From NCBI GenBank assembly GCA_040954595.2, contig CM082584.2, positions 13,137,337-13,201,336 of the forward strand: DNA of 64,000 bases. The letters are read 5' to 3'. Shown here in pieces: positions 63,634-64,000 of the stretch. Numbering within the stretch: the first letter of the stretch is position 1; each line of letters begins with the position of its first letter. Source of the DNA: Balanoglossus misakiensis. Lineage: Eukaryota > Animalia > Hemichordata. The notes under the pieces are model-generated. The model searched no databases. It saw nothing but the letters and a program-made list of their open reading frames with translations, and was not told the DNA's origin. A program made the position numbers and the translations under genes.

Positions 63634-64000
63634 CTGTTAACATAAATATTATCAATTTACATCCAGAAGTGTATCATATAAAAACAATTGAATAAAAAGC
63701 TTATACCCAACAGTCTATCATTAATAAAATACAATAAAGTTGGAAAGTTAGTCTGTTTTGGATAACAAATTATGAAAAGACAGAACATGTAGAATGTGTG
63801 TATCTGTGGTCCTTTTAAACATAAAGTGTTACTGTTAGACATTTCTGCACAACCAAGACATGTGTAAGTGCAGAGCCTCACATAGTATGAACAGTTGCCA
63901 TGTGTACTGGTTAATGTCCTGGGCAAAGCTGTAACCTATGACGATAGGCTTTCCTGGGCACATTGCCCCTGTTTTGTACTGGGTATTTTACCGTGCTTCA

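Overview
AT-rich, intron-rich animal genomic DNA; a marine invertebrate, possibly a non-vertebrate deuterostome, but this is a guess. All exons were reconstructed by hand from splice sites and frame arithmetic, and homologies are recalled from memory, not searched. Three protein-coding genes are present. (1) The 5' part of an SSBP2/3/4 (Ssdp) gene on the minus strand: four LisH/LUFS exons at 24237-21488, followed by a >21 kb intron that runs off the left edge. (2) A complete six-exon ATG10 on the plus strand (25017-36444), head-to-head with SSBP across ~780 bp, the same arrangement as human SSBP2-ATG10. (3) A very large minus-strand gene (>63633 to 38509; 45 exons and ~4,840 codons in the window, 5' end outside). 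It encodes a 1,585-aa mucin-like exon, 22 single-exon FN3 domains, one TM helix and a Tie/FGFR-type tyrosine-kinase domain with lost catalytic motifs. The kinase splices in frame into 12 intact exons homologous to an internal HEAT-repeat segment of the proteasome adaptor ECM29/ECPAS, and the gene ends in a novel acidic tail. This receptor-pseudokinase::ECM29 chimera is the main candidate for an undescribed system. Minor features: a 30-bp minisatellite with 90-bp higher-order structure in the ATG10 3' UTR, a 33-bp palindromic mini-element with a 7-bp target-site duplication, a recent FN3-pair duplication, a GC-AG intron and a possible relic TM exon.
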